A stretch of 64,000 bases of DNA, from contig OZ076409.1 in NCBI GenBank assembly GCA_964187785.1, forward strand, positions 27,282,001-27,346,000, in the 5' to 3' direction. Source of the stretch: Amphiscolops sp. MND2022. Taxonomy: Eukaryota. A program made the translations under genes and the position numbers. Positions 14,001 through 29,000 of the stretch are shown here, piece by piece; the first letter of the stretch is position 1, and the number at the start of each line of letters is the position of its first letter. The notes below the pieces were generated by a model that ran no database searches, was not told the origin of the DNA, and was given only the letters and a program-made list of their open reading frames with translations.

Positions 14001-17000
14001 TTTCCGCACAATGACTGGGCTCTCAAGAAGTATGCAAATGTGTTTTTTTAAATTAAAAAACAACAGTGTTTTAAACACCTCATGTTTTTTTCAAACAGCC
14101 CTGCTCATTGTCCTTTAAATCATCATATTGGTTGGTCACAAAATTTCAAATCTGGAACAAAAACAACTGAATTTACCAATTGTTTATGCATGACATTTTC
14201 AGGTTTTTTGAAGGAGAACAACTTCGTTGGATTCAAATGTATCGATCTGTTTCATTAGAAAATGGGTCGAATATTTTTGGTATTTAAAATTTTTAAACAA
14301 TTATATAATTTTTTATTGTATAAAAATAATTTTCAGAAATTTACTTGTCTCGCAAGTGTATGTTCAATGAAGAAAAGTCGAAATTATTCGAAGTTTCAAC
14401 CTGCATTTGTGACAGTTGTAGTAGGAGCTCTCTTGTTTGTCTCTTCTTCCCCAGACAAGGATGACTCACTGCTGTAATAATAGTAAGAAGAGGATTCCCC
14501 GGTTGCTCCATCTTTTTTGCTCCCATCATTTTTATCCCTCGCCACACTTCTTTCACTTCTTTTGGGTGGAGATAGAGACGACCCGCCCCTTGAAGACTGG
14601 GAAGGAGCTCTCTCGGACGCAGAAGACACTGGCATAAGGAATCTTTCGGTTCCGGCAATTTCAGGAGTTTTCGCTCTTTGTTTGCTTTTGGAACTGCGAG
14701 AACTTTTACTTTTCCTACTTTCTCTGCTTTTGTTTTTCTTCTTTTTCGATCTAGACTTCGAACGTGTGCCAGTTGAGAACGAATTCATCTGATTACTGTC
14801 ATTTTGCTCTTCAGAAGATTTGTCAACTATTTCTTGAGATGGGTTTGACGTTGTTTGAGCAATGGCATCGTCTTTACTAGCAGCTTGGGAATAGCTTTCA
14901 GAAAGGGGCTGACTTTGCGATTTTGAATTCTTCGAATCTTTCGATTTTCGACTTGTTGACCCAGATGCATCCGCAGAATCCTTCTTGCTCTTTTTCCTAC
15001 TTTTGCTTTTTGAGGCGGTTTTTGAAGCCGTCCCATCTGGCGTCAGGTACGTGTATTCATAATCATCTTCATCATTGCTTGATCGACTTTTGCTTTTGCT
15101 ACGTTTGCTTTTTTTCTGGCCACTTTTCGAGGATTTCGATTTTTCTGTTTGCTGCTCTGCTGTAAGATCAGTTCCAATAAGATTCGTAGGTACTTTTTGA
15201 AAAGCAGAGTCTGAATTTGTTTGAGCATTTGACGCTGAGGTACCAGTTTCAGTTTTCGTTTTATTTTTCCTGGACTGCGATGCATCTTCGCTTGGTAAGG
15301 ATTTTTGGCGCTGCTTTTTTGATGACTTCGAAGCTTCACCTGTGACGTCATTTTCTGCGTCAACTATTTGTTCACTTATTCCCATTTCACTTTTCGAACG
15401 TTTCACGGACAACCCACTCTTTTTGCTTGAAAGTTTACCGCTTTTTGATTTCTTCGATGATTTTCCAGTTTTCTGGCCACCACTTTCAAGATTTGAAGAA
15501 CCCGTGGTTTCGGTTTCTCTCTTTTCTTTCAAAGGAGGCATTCCAGCAGAGTTGGACGCAGATGTTCCAGACATGGATGTTTTGGATGTCAAAGCAGTCG
15601 TTTCTCCTCCCTCTGTATATTCGCTATAATACTCACTCGAAGACGCTTGTCCACTGCTTTTCTTACTCTTGTTACTCTTACTAACCGTTGATGGATTGAT
15701 AGATTCAGAGACCATAAGAGAAAAATTTTGGAACTTTTTGTTTTTCTCATCATTCTCAGACTTTTCGGACTTTTCTTTTATGGGTTCAATTTGAGAGGTC
15801 TCTTTTTCTTTCTCCTTACTCTGAGACATTGCCTCGCTCTCTCTTCCTGGCATGATTCCAGTTCGAGAAACTGCAGTATCCCTATATGCCATCGACCCCA
15901 ATTTCTTTTCATTGTACGGGGAATACTGTTTCGCTAAAACAACAGTGTTCACTGGCTCTGATGGCTTTGACTTGGGTTCTGATGAATTTCGGACATTGTC
16001 ACTTATCAACTGCTGTTCTTTCCTTTCTGAATCTTTTACATCCAAGCTTGTAAACTTTTGCGAACTGTTTTGAGACTCAGTCAGAGTAGATAATGTACTT
16101 GGTGACGTCACTCCGTCACGTGATTTTTTACCAGGTGCCAAATTCTCAGAGTTGGCTTTCGTCGTCCGCTTCTCTGTGCTACCAGGTAACGGAGTTCTTC
16201 TTGTTTCTGTCGACGTCTCGCTGAAAACATGCAAACTTTTCGGGTCTTTCTTTTCTCTAAGTGGCTCAAGTTTCTGAAGATGCGCTGGAAGTGGGTGTTT
16301 AGCCGACAACAAAGTTTCAGGTTCAGTTTCAGAGTTGGCTTTCGTTGTTCGTTTTTCAGTGTAACTGGGCATCGGAGTCCGTCTGGTTTCAGTAGAGGTT
16401 TCACTGAAAACGTTCAAGCTTTTTGAATCCCTTTTACCTCTAATTGGCTCAAGTTCTTGCAGATGCGCAGGTAGAGGATGCTTTGCTGATAATAGGGTTT
16501 CAGGTTTACTTGATTCCCGAGAACTCTTTGACTTTGTCTTGCTACTCTGTTTATCGCTCCTGACTGGACTATTTCCTCTACTTCCGGTTCCAGCAGATTT
16601 GACTTTGTTTGAACTCTTCTGAGAAACAGAAGTGTCTTTAGATTCCGGACTTCTACTTCGCTTTCCAGACTTCGGGCTTTTATTTCCAGATGACGGGACG
16701 GATTTCTGTTTTTTCTTTTTACTAGATGTTTCATCGCTGGGGTCATGAGCGTTTATTTCAATAGCAGGGCTTGCATTTTGCAGTTTTTCTGTTTTAGTAG
16801 CTTCCGATTTAGTTGGAACTGACTTTGAGGTTCCTTTATTCGCTTCAGAACCAGAGGCTGATATATCGTTACCTTGTCTCTTACCCTCCCGTGAAATAAC
16901 AAGTTCTTGACTAACCACACTTCTGATGTGTTTGGAAGTGTCTTCTTTAGAATTGCTATCATCTGATCTCCTTGACGAAACATTTTTTGCACTTCCTCTA

Positions 17001-20000
17001 AACGAACTGCTATCAAAGGAAATTCTTCTGCCGCCTCTGTTGGATCTTGTTCCAGCACTTCCAACGACCCCTGACCTTGTACTGGTTCTGGAACCATCTC
17101 TGTGGTCTCGCAGAGTCGAAGATGACACCCTTGGAGGTCCAGTGTCTGGCTGTGATGAAATTGAGCTCGTTTTGCCGGAAGGGTCAATCCCAGAGTCCAC
17201 ACTGGAAGCTTTGATACTTGGGTCTTGGTCGTTTTGGCCGGGATCCAAACCTTTACAAAAAGGCAGGCACTTAATTATAAATGTATGGATGATTCAATCC
17301 TACAGCGACTAAATATGCATTTTAAAAAATCACGCAGTAACATAGCTGAAAATCACAGAAAAACTTTTCTAGATCAAAAGTAATGCTAAATCATGGAACT
17401 GTCTCAAAAATCACCATAAAAACAGTACAACAATCAAAGTCATTCAATGTTTGAAATGTCTTCCAGTTTAATGATGCAGAACTAATTTTTAACACAGAGG
17501 CGAAGCCGTGCTTCGCAAACACTTGCGAAGTTTTGAAAACCAAATAAGCAATATCATACGTAGAACCAAGGGTAAAAGGAGTATGTTAAAATTTCATCAA
17601 TTTTACAGCGCCAAAAAATACCCGAAGGGATGGGCATAAGTCTCGAAAACCATTCTTCCCCAACTGAAAACAGCAAAAAAACCATCTTCCTCAACGGAAA
17701 ACCTTAAAAACAAACAGAAAATTGAAGGAAAATTTTTTTTGAATTTTTTCAAAAATTTTCCGAAAATTTTCCAAAATATTTTCGAAAATTTTTTTTGAAG
17801 GTCACCGGCAATTTTTTTGAAGTCGCATAGTGCCGAAAACCTTGATGAGTCCTTTAGAGTCGTAAAACGTTTCATTTTTGGTAAAAAATGAGGGGGGACT
17901 TCGATGAAAAAAAATTGAAAAAGTCGCATATGAAAAACACCGGTCTATGAAAAAAAATCGGATATAGCGTGCTGGGCTTGAGAAAACCTAACTTTAAGAC
18001 AAAAATTATTACTTTTGAAAAATCTCACCAGGCCGAAAACTCTGAAAGGGGGGTTCTTTGAGATTTTTTAACTTCCATTCTTTTGCGATATTTCAAAAAA
18101 ATTGAAGGGGGACCATTTGGAGACTTCGAAAAATTTTCGAAAAAATGCGAATTTTTAACAGTCTCATAGAGCCGAAATATCTGAAAGAAGAGACCCTTTT
18201 GAATTTTTTAACGTTCGTTCTGTTGCAAAATATCAAAAAAATGAAGGGAGGACCCTTTGGGGACATTAAAAAATTTTCGAAAATAAGTCTCAAAAAGCCG
18301 AAAAGGGTGGAGGGGGGTCTCATATTGTCGAAAAAAGTGAGAATCTTCTGCTTCGAAAATTTTGTAAAAAAAATTAGCGCATAGGCACGGGTTCGAACCC
18401 GGACCCTCTGGGTTGAAAAGCAAGCATCTTACCGCTAGACCAAAAAAGTGAATTATGCGACTTGCGGTCTGAAACGAGAGTTGTCGCGCGGAAAAAAAAG
18501 CACCCGCACTTTCCCATAACACTTGCTTATCGCAAGTGTAAAGAACTAAAACCTATCATTAATTGGGATCACCAAGACGCTCACAAAAACGTCTGAAGTT
18601 GTACAAAAACTGCAAAAAAAGGTCGTAAATGTAAAATATCGACACTCTTGAGTGCTTTTATCCTTATTTTTGGAAGCAAATAATATACTCCTCTATATAA
18701 GGGTATGCTAAGGGTTTCACCAATAGAACTCAACTGACAAAAACTTTGTTTCCTGGCATGTGTATTTGTAGAGATTTTCCGAATTTTTTGGTTGGTCTCA
18801 AAATTAGTAAGAAATTACAAAACTTTCTTTTGAGATCGAATGTTAAAAACGATCAAAAACGGAAAAACTAGCAATTCAGTACGCTTTTGTGAAGCCAAAT
18901 TTGCAGTTTTTTGCTACAACAAACCTCAGTATGATTGTAATTAGTTCAAAAATCCAAAAATACCCATTTTTTTCTTTTATTTGTTGTTTTTCAAGCAAAT
19001 TTTATCAACTTCTTGCAAAACTGTGTGTTATAAGGTTATAATTGTTCAACGACGAATGAAGTAATTATCCAGTACGCTTTTTTCATGAGATAACTGTAGT
19101 TTCGTGTTAGAAAAGTGGCAAAAATTGTCCCCACAATAGTAGAAAACTCTTTTTTAATTGCAAGATTCGAAAACGTTTTGAGACGTTTCGTGAGTAACAC
19201 GTTTTAAAAGATAACTGCAGTAAAATTCCAAAAACCTCGTTTTTTGGTAATTTAGTCCCAATTTGTTCAACTATTTCGTAGATTGGAATTTCCATTGACC
19301 TGAATGTTGAAACGACAGGCTTTTAGAAACACTATCCATGAAAAAGGAATTTGGTCTGTCAGAAAATTTCCTCAAAGTGAGAACAAAAACGTCAAAGTTC
19401 CAAAAGTCCCCAGTTTTCGATACCATGCTAACAAATTTGGGACAGTTTTCGAAAGTTTGAGTGAGTTAGAAAAGTCACCGGTCTCAGTATGGGAACAATT
19501 AGCTATCACTACGTGTTCAAATAGTACGTTAAAAAGTTCCTAAAAACTATTAAGACATACAGCACGACCATTAGAATTTAAAAGCATAAAAACTCAAAAA
19601 CTTTAAAATTCTTTGTTTGAAATCACCAAAATAACACTAGCTTTCAAGATTTTGTACATACATGTTTTTATAGAAGTTTGCATCGAGGTCACACTTATTG
19701 AAATTTCATGTACTGCAATATTTACTTCTAATATATCCCAAAGATCGCTAGAGCCGGTGAACAAATGTTACAAAACAAGGTAATTTATGTAATCAAATTT
19801 GTGTATTAGCCATACGAAAACTGTGCTAAAATATGTTGAACAAAACGTAAAACAGTGAGGAAAGGCAACCAAACACTTCCACTATTCAGTTGCATAAACA
19901 GAAAATACGTTTCTTTCACTCTTTCGTCCTTGACAGAATGGCGTTTGTCAGAGAGTAGGTCTCCGGATTTTTAAAGCGGTCTCTCCACATCGCAACTCAC

Positions 20001-23000
20001 AAGGGGACACTTTTTGAGGGACCTTGAGTCCAGAGGTTTCCAATTTGATACGAAACCAGATTCGGGAAAAATTCCGTTTTTGGCGACATTCCCATGCGTC
20101 TCGAATTTGGAAAAAAATGTCGCGATAGCTTCTACCTGGCCAATGGGGTAAGATTTGAACCTGGCCAATGGGGTAAGATAGCTTAGGTTAAGTACAGAAT
20201 GTTAAGTGAGTACTTTGTTAGAAAGACATTGGCGCAATTGTAACCAATCGGCCTTCTATTTTTCAATTCGCTTCGGGTAAACCCATATTTCAATTTTATA
20301 GACGCCAAGTCCATTACCGTGGTGGGATGCCAAAAATAGCAATTGCACGCTCAATTATTCAACAGTCATTCAAATCTAGTTGTTCAAGTACAGTTAAAGT
20401 TTACAAGACAAAATTTCAGCATAAGATTTCATCAAATGGAATGCCGAATCGGTCACCAGTTGCAAAAGTTGTCTTATCTGATGTTTTCATCTGGCCATGG
20501 AACGCGCAATTCACCCAAAAAGAGGGTGCTAAATAGTTCAATTGTTCGATGGTTTCATTGTGCACAAGATGCACAAGCTCACTGTTGTGGAGGCTTCCAA
20601 CGCCTAAATTCTCAACGACGCGGCCAAAACTATCGGTAGTTTCAACGATGGATACTCACAATTTGGAATTCGTCAAATTGCCTATAACTCAAGAATGTTT
20701 CTTTGTTTGCCGCATCCATATATACAGTGCGTAGGGTTTTAACCGACAATATAGGATGCATCAGATCAGATGCGTTGACTGGAACTTAATGACCTGACCT
20801 GGATCGAGCTTGTTCCACAAAAAGATTGATATTGGGCCTTTGCCTCAGATTCTGTATGCTTTTTACTGTTTAATTACTGATTAGCTTGATATCTTACCCC
20901 GTAAGTAACCGAACATAAACAAATGGAAAGAGAGCAAATAATCAAATCTCATTGGCTGATCGCGTTCATTTCATTGGTTGAGAGCTATTTCCAAATCATC
21001 CTTTTGGTTTTTCGAAGTTTTGACCCACTTTCATTTTTTTGATTTCAAAATAGCTTTGTCATGAAAATACTTGCGAACATTTCGAAAAAAACCTACCCTT
21101 GCAGTGTGTTTTTCTACGATTTCAGAATCATTATTTTTCGCCCATATTTCATATATGGAAAAGGAAAATATTTAAATCAAACGGTTTTTTTATACAAAAT
21201 TTGCCAAGCACCAAATTTATGTTTAACTTTAAGGGTGTTACCCATAGAATTCAACTCACATAAAATTAGTTTCGTGCGATTTGTATTTGTGGAGATTTCT
21301 GGACCCAAGGACCCCAGAATGACCCCAAAAATACTAAAAACTGCAAAAATTTCCAATCTTTGACGTTTTTGTGCAATTTTGTCAAATTTTTGATAGATTT
21401 CGTGGCTTAGAATGTTGAAAATGTTGAACAAGGCAAGAATTCGTTGTCCAGCATTTGTTTATGAGGAGATGAATGCTTTTTTTTGGAAAGAAAAAGACCC
21501 AAAAATGACAAAAAAAAACAAAATTTTTCCGATTTTTAACGTTTCTATGCAGTTTTCATCAAATTTTCGATGAACTTCGTGGATTAAAATGTTGAAACGC
21601 TCAAAATGGCACTAATCCGTTGTCCAGTAGGCTTTTCCAAAAAGACAATTGCTGTTTTCTACATGAAAAAATCACAAATTTACACCGAAAATGACAAAAA
21701 TCACAAAATTTTCAATTTTTCAAAACGTTTACGAATTTTTCGGCAAATTTTCAACAGACGTCGTGGATTGGAATGTTTTAAAGGGTCATCAAGTGAAAAT
21801 TGGGTCGTCCTATAGTCTTTTCCGAAGAGTTTATTGCTTTTTTCTAAATCAAAATGTCTCAAATTGACGCCTAAAGTGACGAAAAACTCAAAATTTTCCA
21901 ATTTTTAAAGAGTTTATGCACTTTTTTCCAGAGTTCCGACGGACTTTATGGGTTGCAACGGTGAAAAAGGTCAACAAGTAAAGACTTTGTTGTCCACTAG
22001 GCTTGTCCGAAGAGTTTATTGCAGTTTTCTAAATGAAAATGTCCCAAATTGACACCGAAAATGACAAAAAACCCAAAATTTTCAATTTTTCAAAGATTTT
22101 ATGCATTTTTTGTTAAAATTTCGAGAGACTTCATGGATTGGAATGTTTTAAGAGTCAACAAGAAGAAGTTGGTTGTCCAGTAGTCTTTTATGAACAGATA
22201 ATTGCGATGCTTTGAATGAAAATGTGTCAAATTGACATCGAAAATGACAAAAGTGTCAAAATTTTCCAATTTGCAAAGACTTTATGCATTTCTTTTCCAA
22301 ATTGACGACGGACTTTGTAGAATGGAACGTTGAAAAGGGTCAACAAGGAAAAAATGTGTAGTCCAGTGGGTTTTTCTCAAGGGTTTATTGCAGTTTTCTA
22401 AGTGAAATTGTCTCAATTTTACAAGGAAAATGACAAAAAACCCAAAATTTTCAATTTTCAAAGATTTTATGCATTTTTTGTTAAAATTTCGAGAGACTTC
22501 GTGGATTGGAATGTTTTAAGAGTCAACAAAAAAAGGTTGGTTGTCCAGTAGTCTATTAAGAACAGATAATTGCGATGTTCTGAATGAAAATGTGTCAAAT
22601 TGACACCGAAAATGACAAAAGTGTCAAAATTTTCCCATTTTCAAAGACTTTATGCAATTTTTTCCAAATTGACGACGGACTTTGTAGAATGGAATGTTGA
22701 AAAGCGTCGACAAAAGGAAAGAATGTGTAGTCCAGTAGGTTTTTCTGAAAGGTTTATTGCAGTTTTCTTAGTGAAAATGTCTCAATTTGACAAGGAAAAT
22801 GACAAAAAACCCAAAAGTTTCCTTTTTTCAAATATTTTAATGCAATTTTTGTTAAATTTTCGGCAGCCTTCGTGGATTGGAATGTTTTACCGAGTCAATA
22901 AGGAAAGGGTTGGTTGTCCAGTAGTCTTTTCCGAAGAGTTTATTGCATTTTTCTAAATGGAAATGTCTCAAATTGACACCGATTTATAAAAATTTCATGC

Positions 23001-26000
23001 AATTTTTCCAAATTTACAACGGACTTTGTCGGTTGGATCGTTGAAAACGGTAAATAAGGAAAAAATGTGTTGTCCAGTAGACATTTTCGAAGAGTTTATT
23101 GCAGTTTTCTAAGTTAAAATGTCTCATTGAAAACGAAAAAGACAAAAAAACCCAAATTTTTCCATTTTTCAAAGTTTTTAATGCATTTTTTGTTAAAGTT
23201 TCGACAGCCTTGGAATGTTTTAAAGAATGTTTTAGAGAATCAACAAGGAAAGAGTTTGTTGTCCAGTAGTCTTTAATGAAGAGATCATTACAATGTTCTG
23301 AATGGAAGTTTGAGGTTAGAATGGCGTGAACATTCAACAACAACTAAACTCGGTGTCCAGTAGGCTAATTTTTGAAGAGACATATGTAGAATATGTAAAT
23401 TCATGTTAGAAAAGTTCCTCAAATTGACCCCGAAGTCGTCAAATCTATTTCCAATTTATGACATTTCTGGTGGAACAATATTCAATAAAATAGGCCCCTC
23501 CGGGGCTCAGTACTATTTCTGCTTTAATCTTTATTTTTTTAAAACAAAAAATCATTAATAAAAGAATCATATCTGGAATACCAATACACTCCTGTTTAAT
23601 CATTACTTAGAGCACAATTAATCACTGTACAAGTTTACACCGCCTTTAATTCTTCTCGGACTAAAGAAAATATAACTAAGCGTAGACGAAGTTTCGCATT
23701 CGCATTTGAATGCAGGCGAAGCTCTCAACGAACGAATAATTAACACTCATTCGCTTCATCTCAATGACGTCAGCATACGAATGGATAATTACCACTCGCT
23801 CGTTCTATCGCACTAGAATTGAATTGTTGTCGGCAGCTTTCCCACGCTTACACTCACTGCCGAACAAAATATCTGAATTATTCAGTAGGACGAAATTTGA
23901 CGACTGAAAAAAAAAAAAGGACCAACTTTGAGGTTACAATAACATTCCTGCTAAAGCAGAAATATTAAATATATCCGGGGTCGCTCAACTTTCCTAAATT
24001 TGCAAAGGACCTAGATTCAAGCTTCTACCATTTTTTCAGTGCCAAAAATTACCCCAAGTAATACGCCTGAGACTCGCAAACTACTTTATCTCCAACAGGG
24101 ATAACAAAAATTTAATTTTTGAAATGTTTTCTGTAATGTCCTATTATGGCGAAACGAGTTTCAGCTCGCAAAACTATTTTTCTCAAGCCGAAATCATCTA
24201 TGAAAGCAACTGGGTACTCTTTGACAAAATGAAAGTTTCGGAAAGACGCACAGAGCCAAAAAAAGGGAAATATTGTAATTCCCACAATCAAAAAGAAACC
24301 TGGTCAGTTCCATATGATCAAAAGTAGCAAAGAAGTCACCCTCAAGACTCGGCAAACTTATTTCCTTTACAGAAAACCTCCAGAACTAAAAATTGCGAGA
24401 AATGTTCTTCGAAAATTTTCAAAAAATGCATTAAAATCTTCTCGTTTCTCGGTATGTCGCATTTTGCCGAAACAAAACGAAACGTTGCCAGCTATGGCAG
24501 AAATAATTAATTAGGTGTTTCCTCTAAAATGGGCTAAGATGAATCAAAGCTTTCTTTTCTTCAAATTTCTTCGCGTTCTTATAGTGCATTGGCTATCCTT
24601 GAGCCTCAAATTTATGTAGTTGTAGAACAGTTTGGGGCGGAAAATCTCGCTGCTCAGCGGGCATCTTGTTCGTAAATCAAATTTGAAGGTGCTTCAGTAA
24701 AATCAGGGGCTCCATTGAACATGAAATTTTTCAAAAAAATTGAGCAAAAGTAGACCAACATTACAGTGCATCTACAAGCTTTTTCTGAGCGTTTTGCGGA
24801 AATCAGGACATGAAATCGCGGAAACCAAGACACGCTCAGTGAATTCACTCCCTTTTGATGTTAGCTGCCTTAGCTTGGTTTGAGGGTGCAATCTTTTTTT
24901 TTCCGCAATCTTGGTTGTCCACGGAAACTTAATGGGGCCAGACCTTAATAACGCCAATTATACACAGAGCAAATTGAAAGAAACTTATCCCCTATTAAAA
25001 AAGATGAAAGGAAGAAAAACCGACAATTTTACGGAAAGTCGCACAGATCAGAGTTTTGAAAAGTGAGAAAAACCGCAATTTTACCTAAATTTGTCTGAAA
25101 ATGGCCTATGGTAGCTTTTACAAATTTCATCGCATAATTGCAAACAAACATATTTGTAAACTAGATAAAAATCGAAGAAACTTTCCTTTGAATAATTTTC
25201 CAAAAGCCGTTTTTTCATTGCCGTTTTTGAGATATTCGATCTTGAGATTTGCCTTATGTTGCTTTTAATCCCGAGTTGACCCTCTTACTAGCATCTTGGC
25301 TGTCATGGCAAGATATTGCCAAATTATTACTACATCTTGGCAACGAATAAACCCATGGCAAGATTCTTATTAAGATCTTACTAAGATAATACATTATTCC
25401 AAGATCGTATCTTATGACGATGGACAAAATTCTAAGATTATAAAAAAACTAAACTTCGGTACAAGCAGCCGAGACTCTATCTAAAAGCTACTTTCACCCA
25501 ACGACTATTTCTACTCGTTTTCATAATCAAAATGCTTCAACCCGCTGAAATAAATTTGCATGCAACCATGTGCGAAAAATTACGATAACGTATTCTGGCT
25601 TCGGAAATTCTGACGGGAATCCTAATAACTCCTCACCTGCCTAAGACTGAAAAATGCGAATGTACCAAATGGAAGCTCATTTTAGGGACTTTTGAAAACT
25701 TGTAACTTTTCACTCCTGTCGATTCCAGACACGGAGAAAAATGCTGTTAAACGTCCAGAGCCACTATCGGAAAGTTACACAGGGAATTATTAGAAATCCG
25801 GATTTTTTTAAATTTCATATCTCCAGCTTTCTTTGAGCCTATTTCAGCAGTCTTATTACTGCTGGAAACGGCGGTCATCGCCCCGTTTTGGGTAATGATT
25901 CAGCTCCAGGCCTTTCTGACGCTGCTATTGGCGACCGTTTTGCTATTGATAGAACAATTTAACCAGTGCCTCTCTAAATATCCAGCATAAGCACTCTTCA

Positions 26001-29000
26001 ATCAAATTTTATACTTTGGTAACAGAAAATTGTCATAACTAACAAGGTAAATCTGAATAGATGTATATTTTGTTGACTTCCTTTCAGATCTTTTCTGCCC
26101 AAATAGGATCTTACAATAAAATTTTTCTTGGGAACATGGCTCTCTTGGTAAGATCTTACCATGACATCTTGCAATTCTTGGCAATATCTTGCCAAGATCT
26201 TACTAAGATACCCACGGAGGGTCGACCCGGGATAATATCGCTACTGTAGCTTCGGATTAGTGCTAGCAAGTCGGTTCAACTCGTGAAATGTGCGTTTACT
26301 TTTGTGGCTTCGTTAAGCAAGCAAAAATATGTAATAAAATATGTGGTATGTAAATACATATTTATCCCGACCCTAATCATCACACAGTAAAATTTCAGAT
26401 TCCTCCAACAGAAATTTGGAGAAAGTCAATTATATTCATTGAAAATGTTAACATCAGAAAACTGAAACTTCTCTGGGCCTTAAAATAGGTTCTAGGCATG
26501 ATAAAAATGTTAGAAAACCTAACAAAAAATCAATTTCAATCAATTAAAATATCACAAGTTTAGACCTAAAAAACCTAAATAGCCAAATTCTCTAATACTG
26601 TTGAGAATATCATTTTCAAACTTCGTCAATATTAGTCGAAAAAGTTTCTATCAAAATACTTTAGATGAAATTCTTTTCAAGAAATCTTTTTCACAAAAAG
26701 GCTATTTTGGTTTGTTTTTGAGCATGTTGCCCATTTCTTTGTCACAGCCTTGTATAATTTCTTCTTCTAGCTCGAAGATTTCAGGACTAACCTGCATTTT
26801 GATTTTGTTGGTTGTTGTTTTCGTGCAGCCCAGCCAGGATGTTCTGCAGCAAAGCCCCACTCGCAGATTCTCCCTCCCCTAATTCGGCAGGAGGGACCAC
26901 ACTGATCTCTGTGTTGGTCGTCACCTTGAAACGGGGAAGCCGTGATGGTATATTTACGGATCAGTGAACTGTGCATCGTTTGGGAATTTTCTATGATGCG
27001 AGAATTCAACAAATCACTGCCACATTTTAATGAAATACCTGTGAACTTAAAGAAAATAGTTAATTAGTCTTCACAGGACACCCCTTGGTTTATTTATTTT
27101 CATCAAAAAACAGCCTTTTAGTTGGTATATTTGAAACTTAAGCTTATTAATTTCGAAGCCTTAAGCGGGCCCCCGACTTGAGACTTCTTTTCTTCTTAAC
27201 AATTAAACGTTATAAGGGAAGAATCATCAGCTAAAAACAATATTTCCCACAATAAACATGAATCCGGTTCAGATTCAAACAATGCAGAAGATAGACACCG
27301 TTACCTTAGGTTCATTGGATGAGTCATCTCTCCTGAGGGTGATAGTCTGTTCAAGAGTGTATATGTTCTTCTCAGTTTTGATCTTGCTCTTCTGAGTGGA
27401 AGACACAGTTCCGTCCGAGTTGACGTACGTTTTCCCGCTAGAGGGCGTTTTTGCAGCAGAATCTTCAACAGGGTTCGGATTAATTCAAAATTGACCCCGA
27501 ATAGTTGTTACGCCATAACGAATTATTTCAATTCAAAAAAGGGTTTACGCCAAAATACGCCAAAAACTACTAATACCTAATCATGTGAACATCTTTGCTT
27601 CAAATGTTACAGGCTCAAATATTGATCGGGCAATCAGGTAATAAATAAGTTGAGTTTAGTTCCATTGGTTCAAAGTCTTCTAGGTAGAAATTACGAAATC
27701 TGGACGAGTTTAATGCGAATGAAACAACAGTGCTCAAAGCTGCATTCGGTTAATTACTGGTGGTACATTTTATTTTACTTTTTCCCCTACTGATAAAATG
27801 AGTAGAAGGGTGGGAAACTAACTTCTAAGCCTTCTTTCCTCGATTTATGCAATACTTCATCTTTTACTCAATAAATGAAACTCGATTATACAAATTTAAA
27901 AAGCCAAAATTAGTTAAGTCGCACAAATATGCGAGTAAGGTTTCTAGTTCAATAAAAAGTTGTGATACTATTACTAATATTTCTATTGAAATCAATGAAA
28001 TCATTGCCGTATTATCTGTAAAGCCAAAGACAAAAAACTGCAAAAAAATCCAGAGAATGGGTTCTCAGTATGCCCATTGTTATCCTCATGTTTTCAGCGC
28101 TTTTTGAAACAAGCCGGGAATAGCCGAAGTAGTTGCTAGAGAACGGAAAAAGTTGTGTAACGCAATAACGCAATTTTTTGCGCAACTTTCAGTCTTTTTG
28201 CTATAACGCAGGTTTGACGCAAATGTAATTTTTTACGCAATTTTAACGCGAAACTCAGTGACATTATAGGATACTTCTGATAAATAACTGTTTATTCCAG
28301 GGATGCGGTGAGACATTTCTGAGAAACGCTCCTCGCTACGCATGACTGCAGTTTTTACAAATAGTTTATACTATTCAGTTTGTACTCATATTGCCGCCAT
28401 TTTGTTTCAATTCCAAAAGCAAAGGTTACGTTACCAGGAGGAGAACATGTTTGGCATTATAATGCATATAATGACCAAGTTCTTTGCAATATATGTTCCT
28501 GTGGTTTTGACTATTCCGCACCGAATGTTAACTATCGCGTTAATAAACATATGGAGTCAGAGAAGCACAAGAGTGAGACAGAAGCTACCACAGTTTGCTT
28601 CGTCATTGAAAAGTGGAGAAGAATCGCATGATTTCTTCGCAATGCTCCTATTGTTTCTTGCGAAATTGAGAGGGTTTTCTCTGCAATGGATGCAACTCTA
28701 TCTTCAAAAAGGAGAAACTTAACTGTCGAGCATTTAAAGAATATTCTTATTATTCAATGGAATAATATTTAAATGTTTCTTGATGACTGTTTTTACGCAA
28801 CTTTTAACGCAATTTTAGCCTTAGCCCAATTTTCAGCGCAATTTCATTCAATTTTTAACGGAACTTGTTCCGGTCCTTAGTAGTTGCACCACCGCTCAAG
28901 GTTCAAAAGAAGCATAGCTTTTCAAACATGCAACGGGACTTTATTGTGAAAACTTTCATCAACTTTGAAAAACCGAACAATGCCCGAAGGGATACCCATA

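Noticed and set aside
16146..16504. Link between the 183-bp coding repeat and the ~185-bp satellite
   Set aside because: Similar length only; no sequence similarity visible.
14517..17312. Plus-strand ORFs overlapping the 950-aa exon
   Set aside because: Antisense shadows of low-complexity coding sequence.
21231..23450. CRISPR-like array
   Set aside because: Whole units are homologous with no unique spacers, no cas genes, and the context is a eukaryotic intron.
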